Below the pieces are notes generated by a model. It worked only from the letters and a program-made list of their open reading frames with translations, had not been told where the DNA came from and ran no database searches. Made by a program: the position numbers and the translations under genes. This document shows positions 62,561 through 64,000 of a DNA stretch of 64,000 nucleotides, piece after piece. This stretch comes from Escherichia phage UPWr_E1, in sequence record PP418985.1, one strand, 5' to 3'. Position 1 is the stretch's first letter. Each line of letters starts with the position of its first letter.

Positions 62561-64000
62561 TTAGTCTTCCCAGATAAAATCTACGGTACGAGTCAGATTA
62601 TTGGCAATAATTTTAACATTACCAACCTTGATCCAGTCACGAACCGTCATAGAGTTCATCAAACCACCTTCGGCAACCACTGCCCCGATTTCCTGAGCAG
62701 TAGGCTTGTTCTGTTTGGTGTAAATTTCGCCCCATGCGGTCCATTGACCATCTGTACCGGAACGGATATAATGCTTATGAGTACCATCAGGCGACCAGAT
62801 TTGGGTAAGGCCGTTTTCATCAGTACCCCATTGCATCAATGTACCATTTTTCTTTTCTGGGTAGGTTTCTTTGATGTTTTGGGTAGTTACTCGCATGTTC
62901 CAGAAGCCAATGTTACCAATTGCTGGTGCAGTAGTAGCGATCGCTTCATGCTTAACTGATACAATAGACGCATTATCCATAATCAATTTACCAGTCATTG
63001 TATCGCCAGCATTCTTAACAAACTGACGATTAAGAACTTCGTCTGCGTTTCCTGCGTGGACGATCTGATATTTCTGTCCGGCAATCTCTGTAGTAAGCGT
63101 CTGATAACCTGCTTTGATGTTAACACTTCCACCGTGACCGATATTCAACATACCATCTGGGGAACGAGTCATTGCCGGATTAGACTGGTCAACAATGTAT
63201 AAACCGCCTTGTTTCGCATACAGGTTACGACCTGCAATAAAGTCTCTATATGCTGCCGCGTCGCCATTATGTTCCATAGCAAAGGCGTAATGCTCTACGA
63301 ATCCACCATCATTAATTTTACCGAAAGCGATAGCATCACTATCAACTACTTGCGCCGTACCAGTACCACCAACGATAATAGACCATGAGTTTTCCATACC
63401 TTCTGACAGGGTTGTGCCATGCAATGTAATTCCGGTGTGACCATCAACTCCACGCTCACCCAATACCAGATGACCATTACTTGGATCGTCAGTAGAGTTT
63501 TTAGTCACATACAGAGTTTCAAAGGAACCTGATTTTAAGCACTCTAAATCGCCCTTCACGTTAACGTTTTTATTAAACGTGTAATTGCTCTCGATGGTCT
63601 GATCAATGTCTCTACGCGCCCATTTAGCGGCCTCTACGTTACCCAATTTCAAACTATTCTGGGCGGTTGCCATCTTAGGTAAGAAATTAGCAAGTGCGTA
63701 GTTTAATCCTTTCGGAGTTACCGCAATCCCATCATGCTGATAGTTATCGAGATCTTGAGTAGAACCTTGCAGATTGTCACCAACAAAACAGTTTTCTTGT
63801 GTTGCTACTTTCAGGAATCCGCGACGGGCTTCCGTTGCTTGCCATGACTCTTCTGTCTGCGCAACATACTTGAAGTTTTTAGGCGAAATTGCTACATTGT
63901 CCATAGTACCAGCGACGGTTTCGGCTTGAGTACCAATTCGGATAATACCTTCTTTACCTTCGGTGGCCTTTTTGCCTTGCAGCTTTTTAGGAGTAATGAT
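62561..64000 (-). CDS. 34: long tail fibre proximal subunit gp34, C-terminal part (5' end beyond window)
   Basis: Reading frame stays open to the window edge; C-terminus colinear with remembered T4 gp34 (SPKN.K..AQ.E..W.AT...RGF, RDWIKVGNVKII...VDFIWED). Confidence 0.85.
   Translation of the reverse strand: MITPKKLQGKKATEGKEGIIRIGTQAETVAGTMDNVAISPKNFKYVAQTEESWQATEARRGFLKVATQENCFVGDNLQGSTQDLDNYQHDGIAVTPKGLNYALANFLPKMATAQNSLKLGNVEAAKWARRDIDQTIESNYTFNKNVNVKGDLECLKSGSFETLYVTKNSTDDPSNGHLVLGERGVDGHTGITLHGTTLSEGMENSWSIIVGGTGTAQVVDSDAIAFGKINDGGFVEHYAFAMEHNGDAAAYRDFIAGRNLYAKQGGLYIVDQSNPAMTRSPDGMLNIGHGGSVNIKAGYQTLTTEIAGQKYQIVHAGNADEVLNRQFVKNAGDTMTGKLIMDNASIVSVKHEAIATTAPAIGNIGFWNMRVTTQNIKETYPEKKNGTLMQWGTDENGLTQIWSPDGTHKHYIRSGTDGQWTAWGEIYTKQNKPTAQEIGAVVAEGGLMNSMTVRDWIKVGNVKIIANNLTRTVDFIWED

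Noticed and set aside
1-64000. CRISPR arrays, tRNA/rRNA genes, transposases or integrases
   Set aside because: No regularly spaced direct repeats, no cloverleaf-like conserved tRNA features noticed, and no DDE or tyrosine-recombinase motifs in any ORF; a dedicated tRNA scan would be needed to fully exclude tRNAs.

Overview
This window is a segment of a T4-like myovirus genome (Straboviridae/Tevenvirinae type, roughly 40% GC by eye). The + strand carries the early replication/recombination region in T4 gene order (dam, nrdC, 49, nrdD, nrdG, nrdH-like, 55, 47, 46, 45, 44, 62, regA, 43, uvsX, 41, 61, 56, dda, dexA, 39, rIIA, rIIB, 52), interleaved with about 60 small ORFs of unknown function. 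The - strand from 54.6 kb to the window end carries the convergent late cluster: holin t, a small ORF, three tandem glycine-rich paralogs, and tail-fibre genes 37, 36-like, 35-like and the 3' part of 34. Protein identifications rest on my reading of the supplied ORF translations against remembered T4 proteins; no database search was run. Early genes are driven by at least 25 near-consensus sigma70-type promoters, many with a stem-loop between or around the -35 and -10 boxes, followed by stereotyped leaders and ribosome-binding sites. The most novel-looking content is (1) a paralogous repeat-domain family of at least 9 genes and 12 domain copies inserted between conserved genes, and (2) the fibre-tip module, where gp37 carries a C-terminal self-cleaving chaperone domain and three small Gly-rich paralogs sit where gp38 would be. 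nrdD, 43 and 39 are uninterrupted (no intron, no split gene 60). No CRISPR array, tRNA, rRNA or transposase was seen.
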